From Denitratisoma sp. (GTDB lineage Bacteria > Pseudomonadota > Gammaproteobacteria > Burkholderiales > Rhodocyclaceae), in the NCBI GenBank assembly GCA_032027165.1, contig JAVSMO010000001.1:189950-253949 (forward strand): a stretch of 64,000 nucleotides of DNA. Direction: 5' to 3'. Below, in pieces: positions 27,658-35,473 of the stretch. The notes under the pieces are model-generated. The model saw only the letters and a program-made list of their open reading frames with translations, had not been told where the DNA came from and searched no databases. The position numbers and the translations under genes are program-made. Within the stretch, counting starts at the first letter, position 1. Each line of letters starts with the position of its first letter.

Positions 27658-28926
27658 CTAGCGGCCGCCGTTCAGGACCCAGCGGACGAACCTGCGCAAG
27701 CGCGGGTACCCCTTCAGCCAGCCGACCAGCCGGCCCAGGGTCAGGTGAAAATGATAGGCAAGCACGGCGCCCAGATCGGGCAGCAGCCGGCGCCGTGCCT
27801 CGCTCGAGAGGGCGGGATCGGGGGCATCCACGAACCGGCGTGGCCGGTCGGGCTCGCATTTTGCTGCAAGCGTCGCTTCGAGATAGCGGCGCTGATACCT
27901 TCGGTCGGGCTCGAGATGGCAGCCCTCGGCCCACTCGTTCCAGGCATTGATGAACACCAGGCGCTCCTGCTCCGGGAAGTCGCGCGCGCTGCGCTCGATG
28001 GCCTGCGCCAGCCAGCACTCGTAGTTTTCCGGCGAGGTGCCCATCACGATGACGCCGCGGCTTCCCGTGCGAGGCGTGTTGTCCCAGGCGGGGAAGACGC
28101 CGCGGAAGACGTTGGAGTGCTGGTAGCGCCTTTCAAGGTACGTCGTTGCGATCTCCCTGTAATCCACCACATAGCCGGCGAAGGGATCGCGGAAGGCGAT
28201 GTTCTTCGCCAGGTTCCTGCTCTGCAGGTTGTGGGGCGGGAATTCCACGCCGCTGTCGAAGCCGAACTGGGCGTAATCCTGGTTGCCGTGCGTCAGTGCG
28301 GCGCAGACATGGATTTCGCCGATGCCGGCGGTGCGGCAGAAGTCGCGCCAGACGGCGACAGTCTTGCGCGCATCGGGCAGGTGCTGCGGTCGGTAAACGA
28401 TGAGGAAAGGGGCGCCGCCGACGCGGATATAGCGGGGGTCGGTGAGGAAGGGCGCCAGGCTCCGTATGAAGTTGAGGTCGTCGTCCGGCAGGTAGCGCTG
28501 GGCGATGAGGATCTCGTGCTCGGCGGCGTCCCACCGGCGCGTCCAGTTTTCGTTGGCCCAGCACAGGCAGAAAGGCATGTCGCTTTCCGGATCGGCCAGC
28601 ATGTCGTCGAGCGGCTGGTTGAGCAGGCGCGTTCCCGAGAACCAGTAGTAGTGGTAGCAGAAGCCGTCGATGCCGTATTCCTTCGCCAGGCGGATCTGCT
28701 CGTGGCGCGTTTCGCGCACGCGCAGGTCATAGAAGCCGAGGTCGGCCGGCAGATGGGGCTGATAGTGGCCGTCGAACAGGGGCTGCGCCTTGGTGACGTT
28801 GGTCCATTCGGTGAAACCCTTGCCCCACCACTTGTCGTTCTCGGGGATGGGATGGAACTGCGTGAGGTAGAAGGCGATGATGCGGGGGAATCGGTCGGGC
28901 CTGGCCGGCGTCGTCTGGTCGATCAT
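27658..28926 (-). CDS. WbsX-family glycosyl hydrolase/transferase-like polysaccharide biosynthesis protein
   Basis: IIAFYLTQFHPIPENDKWWGKGFTEWTNV is the hallmark N-terminus of the WbsX family. Confidence 0.8.
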   Translation of the reverse strand: MIDQTTPARPDRFPRIIAFYLTQFHPIPENDKWWGKGFTEWTNVTKAQPLFDGHYQPHLPADLGFYDLRVRETRHEQIRLAKEYGIDGFCYHYYWFSGTRLLNQPLDDMLADPESDMPFCLCWANENWTRRWDAAEHEILIAQRYLPDDDLNFIRSLAPFLTDPRYIRVGGAPFLIVYRPQHLPDARKTVAVWRDFCRTAGIGEIHVCAALTHGNQDYAQFGFDSGVEFPPHNLQSRNLAKNIAFRDPFAGYVVDYREIATTYLERRYQHSNVFRGVFPAWDNTPRTGSRGVIVMGTSPENYECWLAQAIERSARDFPEQERLVFINAWNEWAEGCHLEPDRRYQRRYLEATLAAKCEPDRPRRFVDAPDPALSSEARRRLLPDLGAVLAYHFHLTLGRLVGWLKGYPRLRRFVRWVLNGGR

Positions 28927-28938
28927 CGAGGCGGTTCC

Positions 28939-29784
28939 TCAGTGGCGGATGCCGAGGCGCTGCAGCAGGCGGGAGATCCGCGCTCGGGTCTCCAGGCTCA
29001 GGAAGGAAATAAGGAAGCCGAGCAGCCGGTTGCGTTGGGCGCCAGCGCTGAAGCCGCCTTGGCCGGGTGCCGGCACTGCGAGCGATTCGAGTTGCAGCGC
29101 CTTGCCCTCCGCGGCCTGCGGCACCGCTCTGAGCACGACCTGGTAGACGTTGCCGAAGCGGTTCCATTCGAGCGCCTTGCGTGCCTCGCGAGGCAGCTTG
29201 CGCCAGCGGCTGGCGAACTCGGTCTGTTCCGGCGCGCGCACCACAAAGTCGGCTTCGACGATCTTGAAGCCGGCGTCTTCGAACAGCTTCTGGATGTTGC
29301 GGATGCCCCAGAAGCGGATGTGCGTGCGATCGAGCAGACCCCAGGGCTGGTATTCGAAGTCCTCGTTGAGCAGGCAGGCGACGACGGCACTGTGGGCGAC
29401 ATGGGGCAGGGAGATGACGACGCAGCCGTCGTCGGCGAGCAAGGGCAGCATCTTCTTGAGTGTGCCCCAGGGATCGTAGAGGTGCTCGAGTACGTCGGCG
29501 GCGACGACGACGGAAAACTTCCCGTCGCCGAGCAGCGCCGGCCACTGTGCGTCGTTAAGATTGCAGGGATGCACCTTCTCGCAGTATTCGGAAACGATCG
29601 CGATCGCCTCGGCGTCCAGTTCGAGTGCCGTGATGCGGCAGCCGTTGCCGTGCAGGTGGCGGGTGATCGAGCCAGGGCCGGGGCCGAGCTCGAGCACCCG
29701 CATGCCGCTACCCACCATGCGGATCACCTTCGCGGCGGCAGTGTCGGGATTGACCTGGTATTCGTATTTGTGGCGTTGGGCCAT
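28939..29784 (-). CDS. Class I SAM-dependent methyltransferase
   Basis: Motif I VLELGPGPG, plus DVLEHL. Confidence 0.8.
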   Translation of the reverse strand: MAQRHKYEYQVNPDTAAAKVIRMVGSGMRVLELGPGPGSITRHLHGNGCRITALELDAEAIAIVSEYCEKVHPCNLNDAQWPALLGDGKFSVVVAADVLEHLYDPWGTLKKMLPLLADDGCVVISLPHVAHSAVVACLLNEDFEYQPWGLLDRTHIRFWGIRNIQKLFEDAGFKIVEADFVVRAPEQTEFASRWRKLPREARKALEWNRFGNVYQVVLRAVPQAAEGKALQLESLAVPAPGQGGFSAGAQRNRLLGFLISFLSLETRARISRLLQRLGIRH

Positions 29785-29947
29785 AGCTCAGGCCGTTTGT
29801 GCTACGGAAAAGGCTGCAGTCGGATTCTTCCGGATTACATTACATCCACTTTGCCCGACATTGTACCTTCCGGAATTTCGCTTGGCTTGGCTCCGCCGAT
29901 GGCATTCCGCTGCGCCGAGAAATCGCGGCCATCATTTCGTAGCGGGA

Positions 29948-30790
29948 TCAGAGCCCTGTTTTTTGCCAATAAACGCCGACGCCGTCGATTTCGATGATTT
30001 CGTCGTCGATATTCCGCCGGGACCGGAACTCATCAACGGCTTTGCGGCATCCCTCCACGACGCGGTAGTCGTCGACGATCACATAGCCGCCGACGGAGAC
30101 CCTGTCGTAGAGATGAGATAGAGCGTCCATGGTCGACTCGTACATGTCGCCGTCCATGCGCAGGATGGCCAGCGGGCCGGTCTGCGCCCCCGGGAGGGTG
30201 TCCTTGAACCAGCCCTTGAGGAAGACGACCTGCCCATCGAGCAGGCCGTAGCGCTCGAAGTTGTGCCGAACCGTCTCGAGCGGCACAGCCAGCTCACTGT
30301 AGGTGTGGAATGTATCTCCCGAATCCGCTGGATAGGCGGCATCGGGTGGTGGCAGGCCCTCGAATGAATCGGCGGCCCATACCTTGCGGTCCTTGACGCC
30401 GTACGCCTCCAGGACAGCTCGCAGATAGATACAGGCACCCCCCCGCCAGACGCCGGTCTCGATGAAGTCGCCGGCCACGCGGTTGAAGAGCGCCTCCTCA
30501 GCCAGCAGGCGCAGGTTTGCCATGCGCCTGCGCCCTATCATCGAGTGGGCCACGGATGGCCAGTCCCAGCCGTACTCGCGCAACGTCTTGTCGAAGGTGT
30601 CGCTGCCGAGCGCCTTCAGCGGCGGGTCCTCGTAGATGCTGCCCGTCAGGCAGTCCAGCATCAGTTGCAGATAGCGGTCGCGCACGCGGCGCAGCCTGCC
30701 GAAATGGCGGTACTGAAGGTAAATGACCAGCTTGCGCCGCAGTCGGCGCAGCTTATATTGGAAGCCATCGGTCCTTACCATCGCCATCAC
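29948..30790 (-). CDS. TylF/MycF-family O-methyltransferase
   Basis: GDFIETGVWRGG, DSFEGLP, LRMDGDMYEST, GGYVIVDDY. Confidence 0.85.
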   Translation of the reverse strand: MMAMVRTDGFQYKLRRLRRKLVIYLQYRHFGRLRRVRDRYLQLMLDCLTGSIYEDPPLKALGSDTFDKTLREYGWDWPSVAHSMIGRRRMANLRLLAEEALFNRVAGDFIETGVWRGGACIYLRAVLEAYGVKDRKVWAADSFEGLPPPDAAYPADSGDTFHTYSELAVPLETVRHNFERYGLLDGQVVFLKGWFKDTLPGAQTGPLAILRMDGDMYESTMDALSHLYDRVSVGGYVIVDDYRVVEGCRKAVDEFRSRRNIDDEIIEIDGVGVYWQKTGL

Positions 30791-31530
30791 CCGGCACGCT
30801 TCAAGCGGGGCAGCTCGTTTCGCGCGTAGTCATAGAGCTGGCGATCCAGCCCGGTCAGTCGGTCCAGCAGCGCCCTAATTTCCGGGGCTTGCGCCTCGGC
30901 TCCCGGCCGCCCCGGCGTCTCGTTCAGTTTCGGCATGCTTTCCATCCCAGGTATCCCCAGCGCCCTTAGTACGGGTGCCGCATCGGCGGCGAACGTCTCG
31001 GTAAAGCCCACATGCGACAACTCGGCAATATGTTCCTTGGCCAGGCGCAGCAGTTCGTCCTCGCCGAAATCGGCGATGGTCCGGTCGTCGCGGTGGGCGT
31101 AACCGTGGGCCAGTTGCCAGACTTGGTTATTCCAGATGTTCTTGCGCACCCAGGGATCATGCAATCCGGCCTCCAGAAATCCGGCAAGGTTCAGTTCGTG
31201 CGCCTTTTGGTAAATGATGAATTCTGCCGGATCGCGAGACCGGCAGAAATAGTACATGGACAGGATGCGCTCAGCCGGGTCCCGCAGGAAAGTGAAGGTG
31301 TAGCGGCCTTCCATCAGGGGCCGCGCGAAATGGTAGCCGATGTGGCCGGAAATGAAGCGGACATGGTGCAACTGGTCGGGGGACTTGCCCCAGCAGTCGC
31401 CATGGCTGGCTAGGCTGTCTCCGTAGTGTTGCCGTGCCAGATGGAGAATCGACGTGCCAGCGGTCTTCTGGATGTGCAGGAAGAGCGCCGGCACCGACCC
31501 GGGCCGGGGTTTTCTCCGGAAAAGCGACAT
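30787..31530 (-). CDS. Sulfotransferase (Sulfotransfer_2-like)
   Basis: 5'-PSB-like LHIQKTAGTS and 3'-PB-like FLRDPAERILSMYYF. The start abuts the wzt stop, and there is a 4-nt overlap with the TylF gene. Confidence 0.75.
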   Translation of the reverse strand: MSLFRRKPRPGSVPALFLHIQKTAGTSILHLARQHYGDSLASHGDCWGKSPDQLHHVRFISGHIGYHFARPLMEGRYTFTFLRDPAERILSMYYFCRSRDPAEFIIYQKAHELNLAGFLEAGLHDPWVRKNIWNNQVWQLAHGYAHRDDRTIADFGEDELLRLAKEHIAELSHVGFTETFAADAAPVLRALGIPGMESMPKLNETPGRPGAEAQAPEIRALLDRLTGLDRQLYDYARNELPRLKRAG

Positions 31531-32859
31531 CTACGCCACCGCCTTTCCGGCCAGGCGAGCCGCAGACTGGCAGCTAAAGCCCACCGCTCCGATGCCGCTA
31601 TGTTCCGTCTCTGCCTCGACGCGGAAGCGCAGGGCGCTTTGCCGGCCATGCAGCGCGTATTCGATGCCCGCCTGACTGCCGAACACCGCCACGCTGATCA
31701 GGTAGCTGCCCGGGTTCAGGACGCATTTGAAATCGAATTGCGCAACGACAGTCTCGCCGCCGGCAACCTGCGCCATGCCGGCTTCGGCCGAAGGGGCTGT
31801 CCATGCGCCGCCCAGACGCGTGCCGTCGAGTGTCTTGATCAGCATGGCACAGCGCACATGACGGGCGTCTGCGACGAAGCGAGCCCTGAACAGGCATCGG
31901 CCGTCCTGGCCGGTGCGCAGGACGGTCACGCTCCGACCGGCGGCGTCCACCAGTTGAACATCCTCGATCAGGGCGCCGTTCGGCTCGTAGGCCACGGCAA
32001 CGTGAGCCTCCGCCTCGCCTGCCCCCTCATCGTCATACACCTCCGCCATGAGGCCCGCGTTGTCGGCATGCCCGCCGGCTTGCGATCGGATCCGCTCGCG
32101 CGCCGCCTGGCGGGTGTCCGGCCCGGCGTTGAGAAGCCGCCGGTACTGCACGACGATCGACTCGGGCGGACCGCTCAACAACTGCTCTCCTTCATCGAGC
32201 AGGATCGCCCGCCCGCAAAGCCTGGCGACTTGTTCCATGTCATGGGACACGAAGAGGATGGTGCAGCCCGCATTGCGCAGATCGCCTATGCGCCGGAAGC
32301 ATCGCGCGCGGAAGCCGGCATCGCCCACGGCCAGCGCCTCATCGACCACCAGGATCTCGGGGTCCACATGCACTGCGACGGCGAAGGCCAGCCGCAGGAA
32401 CATCCCGCTCGAGTAGGTCCGCACCGGCTGGTCGATGAACTCGCCGATGTCGGCGAAGGCGGCAATATCGCCGAATCTTTCTTCCATCTGCTTTCCGGAC
32501 AGCCCCATCAGTGCGCCCTGGAAATAGGCATTCTCCCGTCCCGTGAACTCCGGGTTGAAGCCGGCGCCCAGTTCGAGCAGGGCCGAGATCCGGCCAGTGA
32601 CCGACAGCGAGCCCTCGCTCGGTTTGAGGATGCCGCACACCAGCTGCAGCAGCGTGCTCTTGCCCGAGCCGTTACGACCGACGATGCCGAGCATTTCTCC
32701 GCGCCGGACGTCGAACGAGACATCGCGTAGCGCGGTGAATTCCCGGTGATAGCGCTTGAGGCCGAAACTGAGGAACTGCTTGACGCGGTCGCCGGGATGA
32801 CCGAAGAGCCGGTAGATCTTGCCCAGATTGCGCGCGGAGATGACGATGTCAGACGCCAT
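31531..32859 (-). CDS. wzt: O-antigen/glycan ABC exporter ATP-binding protein with C-terminal carbohydrate-binding domain
   Basis: Starts MASDIVISARNLGKIY (CAT at 32857-32859). Walker A is GRNGSGKSTLL and the signature is YSSGM. An extra C-terminal beta-rich domain of about 190 aa is Wzt_C-like. The 603-aa ORF-track entry is an out-of-frame N-terminal extension. Confidence 0.88.
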   Translation of the reverse strand: MASDIVISARNLGKIYRLFGHPGDRVKQFLSFGLKRYHREFTALRDVSFDVRRGEMLGIVGRNGSGKSTLLQLVCGILKPSEGSLSVTGRISALLELGAGFNPEFTGRENAYFQGALMGLSGKQMEERFGDIAAFADIGEFIDQPVRTYSSGMFLRLAFAVAVHVDPEILVVDEALAVGDAGFRARCFRRIGDLRNAGCTILFVSHDMEQVARLCGRAILLDEGEQLLSGPPESIVVQYRRLLNAGPDTRQAARERIRSQAGGHADNAGLMAEVYDDEGAGEAEAHVAVAYEPNGALIEDVQLVDAAGRSVTVLRTGQDGRCLFRARFVADARHVRCAMLIKTLDGTRLGGAWTAPSAEAGMAQVAGGETVVAQFDFKCVLNPGSYLISVAVFGSQAGIEYALHGRQSALRFRVEAETEHSGIGAVGFSCQSAARLAGKAVA

Positions 32860-33499
32860 GGCCGGCTTCGGCTTGTGCAATGACGTTGCGCTCGCGCAGC
32901 AGCGACAGCAGGGTTGCAATGGATTCCCCGACGCCGGTTCGACTCGTGTCCAGCACCAGGTCCGGGTGCTCCGGCGTCTCATAAGGCGCCGACACGCCAG
33001 TGAAATGGGCGATGCCGCCGGCCCGGGCCTTGGCGTAGTTTCCCTTCTCGTCGCGCGATTCGCAAACTTCGACCGGACAGCGGCAATACACCTCGATGAA
33101 ATTCTCTGCGCCGACCAGTTCGCGCACCTTCCGTCGATCGGCTGCGTAGGGCGAGACGAAGGCGGCCAGGGTGATGATGCCCGCATCCAGGAACAGGTTC
33201 GCCAGTTCCCCGATGCGACGGATGTTTTCCGCACGGTCCTGCTCGGCGAAGCCGAGGTCGCGGCACAGGCCGTGCCGGACATTGTCTCCATCGAGCACGT
33301 AGGCGTTGCGGCCTTCGGCGAAGAGGCGCTCCTCCAGTCCATGTGCCAGCGTGGACTTGCCCGAGCTGGGCAGGCCGGTGAACCAGACCAGCACGCTGCG
33401 ATGGCCGCTGCGCGCCTCGCGCATCGCGCGGGTCACCCGCTGCGGGTGCCAGCGCAGGTGGGGATCGATGCTGCCGGGAGCGGGCTTGTCAGAGGGCAT
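32849..33499 (-). CDS. cysC: Adenylylsulfate (APS) kinase
   Basis: VLVWFTGLPSSGKSTLA, LDGDNVRHGL and FVSPY give near-textbook CysC. It has 11-nt overlaps with both wzm (upstream) and wzt (downstream). Confidence 0.92.
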   Translation of the reverse strand: MPSDKPAPGSIDPHLRWHPQRVTRAMREARSGHRSVLVWFTGLPSSGKSTLAHGLEERLFAEGRNAYVLDGDNVRHGLCRDLGFAEQDRAENIRRIGELANLFLDAGIITLAAFVSPYAADRRKVRELVGAENFIEVYCRCPVEVCESRDEKGNYAKARAGGIAHFTGVSAPYETPEHPDLVLDTSRTGVGESIATLLSLLRERNVIAQAEAGHGV

Positions 33500-34319
33500 C
33501 GGCGAACTCGTCGCGGCTGTGCTGGAAGAAGGCGTGGCCGAGGATGGCAGCGGCGAAGCCCAGTGCGAGTGCGGCAGACCAGGCGGCCCAGGGCACGGGC
33601 AGTCCCAGGACGGCGGCGCGCGCCGCTCCGATCACCGCGCCGAGCGGGTTGGCGTTGTAGAGAAAAGTCAGTCCCGGCGGCACGGCGCTGGCGGGGTAGA
33701 ACACCGGCGAGAGGAACAGCAGCATCTGCACGAAGAGCGGCACGATCTGGCTCATGTCCTTGATGAACACGCCCCAGGCGGCGAGGAACCAGGCCGCACC
33801 GATGGCGAGCAGCACGACCGGAAGCAGCAGCAGGGGGAAGAGCAGCAGGCCGGACGAGAGGTTGCCCGTCCATGCCAGCGCTGAGGCGAGGATGAGGAAG
33901 TTGAAGGCGGCATGCACCAGCGCCGCGCCGAGCGGCACCAGCGGCAGGATGTCCACCGGGAAGATGATCTTCTTCACGTAGGCTGGAAAGCTGCGCACGG
34001 CTGTCGAGGCGCGCGAGACGGTTTCGCCGAAGACGTTGAAGACGATCAGGCCGCAGTAGAGGATGAGCCAGAAGGGCAGGCCTTCGCGCTGCTCGGGCCA
34101 GCGCGCCTGGAAGATGTGGCCGAAGACGAAGGCGAAGATGGCCAGCATGAGCAGGGGGCTGAGGAAGATCCACAGCACGCCGAACATGGCGCCGCGGTAG
34201 CGCAGCAGGACGTCGCGCTTGACCAGTTGCCCGAGCAGGTAGCGGTGGCGGGCGATGCCGGCGGCGATTGCGAGGGGGTTGAGCGTGATCGAACTCATGG
34301 GCGCTCGGTGGTTGCGCAT
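33489..34319 (-). CDS. wzm: ABC-2 type glycan exporter permease
   Basis: 276 aa, about 6 TM helices, with the typical N-terminal L..L..RD...RY.....G..W motif. Confidence 0.85.
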   Translation of the reverse strand: MRNHRAPMSSITLNPLAIAAGIARHRYLLGQLVKRDVLLRYRGAMFGVLWIFLSPLLMLAIFAFVFGHIFQARWPEQREGLPFWLILYCGLIVFNVFGETVSRASTAVRSFPAYVKKIIFPVDILPLVPLGAALVHAAFNFLILASALAWTGNLSSGLLLFPLLLLPVVLLAIGAAWFLAAWGVFIKDMSQIVPLFVQMLLFLSPVFYPASAVPPGLTFLYNANPLGAVIGAARAAVLGLPVPWAAWSAALALGFAAAILGHAFFQHSRDEFADAL

Positions 34320-34972
34320 ATCCGGCGTGCAAGGGTGGCGACGGCGCCGGGAAGCTCGGCGAAATGCCGGAGCACGGCGTCCGGTGCGGTGGCGATGCCG
34401 GCCGCGCCGTAGCCGTAGGCGGCGTGGATGAAGCGCAGGCCGTTTTCGCGTGCGGCGGCGGCATCCTCGTCGGAGTCGCCGACGAAGCAGGCGCGCTCCG
34501 GGTCGATGCCGTAGTGCGCCACGAGGCGCTTCGTCACGGCCGCCTTCGAGGGGGCCGGCGGCTCGGTCTCGTCGCGCGTGTGGATGCCGGCGAAGTGCCG
34601 CGCCAGGCCGAGCGCCTCGAGGATGCGGCGCGTCGGCACCAGCCGCTTGTTGGTGACGATGTAGAGGTGCGCACCGGTCGCGGCAAGTTGCGCCAACCCG
34701 TCCGCCACGCCGGGGAACACCGCTGTTTCACGGTAGCCCTCCGTGTCGTAATCGGCCTTGAAAGCTTCGACCAGCCGCGCAAGCCTCGCCTCGTCGGCGA
34801 GGCCGCTCACCTGCCGCAGCGTCGCTGCCAGCGGTGGGCCGATCAGCGAGGCTTCGAGCGGCACGGCCGGACGCAGGCCGTCGGCCGCCAGGATGCGCCC
34901 GAACGAGGCAAGGATGCCCGGCGAGGAGTCGATCAGGGTGCCGTCGAGGTCGAAGAGGATGTCGGTAGGCAT
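34295..34972 (-). CDS. HAD-superfamily phosphatase (phosphoglycolate-phosphatase-like)
   Basis: DLDGTLIDS motif I, TNK, GDSDED. Its 3' end overlaps the wzm start by 25 nt. Confidence 0.8.
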   Translation of the reverse strand: MPTDILFDLDGTLIDSSPGILASFGRILAADGLRPAVPLEASLIGPPLAATLRQVSGLADEARLARLVEAFKADYDTEGYRETAVFPGVADGLAQLAATGAHLYIVTNKRLVPTRRILEALGLARHFAGIHTRDETEPPAPSKAAVTKRLVAHYGIDPERACFVGDSDEDAAAARENGLRFIHAAYGYGAAGIATAPDAVLRHFAELPGAVATLARRICATTERP

Positions 34973-34982
34973 TTCGTGGTGT

Positions 34983-35471
34983 TTATACCAGATCGGGCGC
35001 GATCACCGCACGCAGCACGGTTTCCTCGCTGCCGTTGCGCATGCGCCGGGTGAACCACCAGAGCGCGCCTTTCCTGACGCTCCAGTCGGCGGCGTCGCCG
35101 GTGAGCAGCAGTGCTGCCGCGCGCCCCAGCGTCGGTTGGTGGCCGACGACCACCACCGTGCCGCCGGCATGGGGCCAGCCGACGGCGCCGAGCAGGCTGG
35201 CCGCGCTGGCGCCGGTGCCGAGCTTTTCCTTCACGTCGAAGGGCAGTTCCAGCGCCTCGGCCGTCTGCACGGCGCGCACGGCGGGGCTGGCGAGGATGCG
35301 CGCATCGGCGGGCAGCCGCTTCCCCAGCCAGCGCGCCACCTGTTTCGCCTGCTTGCGGCCGCGCTCGGTGAGCTTGCGCTTCGCATCGGGCATGCCGTCC
35401 TCGGCCTCGGCGTGGCGCCAGAGAATGATGTCCATCGTCTTTTCCGCTGCGGCGGAGGGCTTGTTGGCCAT
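34983..35471 (-). CDS. sixA: Phosphohistidine phosphatase SixA
   Basis: 162 aa with ILWRHAEA (RHG/RHA motif) and VVGHQP. Start CAT at 35469-35471. The 598-aa ORF-track entry is an artefactual extension. Confidence 0.8.
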   Translation of the reverse strand: MANKPSAAAEKTMDIILWRHAEAEDGMPDAKRKLTERGRKQAKQVARWLGKRLPADARILASPAVRAVQTAEALELPFDVKEKLGTGASAASLLGAVGWPHAGGTVVVVGHQPTLGRAAALLLTGDAADWSVRKGALWWFTRRMRNGSEETVLRAVIAPDLV

Positions 35472-35473
35472 GG

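Noticed and set aside
29785-29947. Inverted repeat TTCCGGA...TCCGGAA and tandem TTACATTACA in the 163-nt gap between the two methyltransferase genes
   Set aside because: The repeats are short (7 bp and 5 bp) and could arise by chance. There is no matching known operator, and only a weak TACAAT-like -10 on the minus strand. I noted them but they do not support a feature.
27745-29997. 750-aa plus-strand ORF spanning the WbsX and methyltransferase loci
   Set aside because: It is antisense to two genes with diagnostic motifs (FTEWTNV; VLELGPGPG). It is a composition-driven open frame.
31531-33342. 603-aa ORF-track entry treated as one gene
   Set aside because: Only the C-terminal 442 aa (from MASDIV, 32859) look like Wzt. 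The N-terminal extension is low-complexity and overlaps cysC, which is clearly real in another frame.
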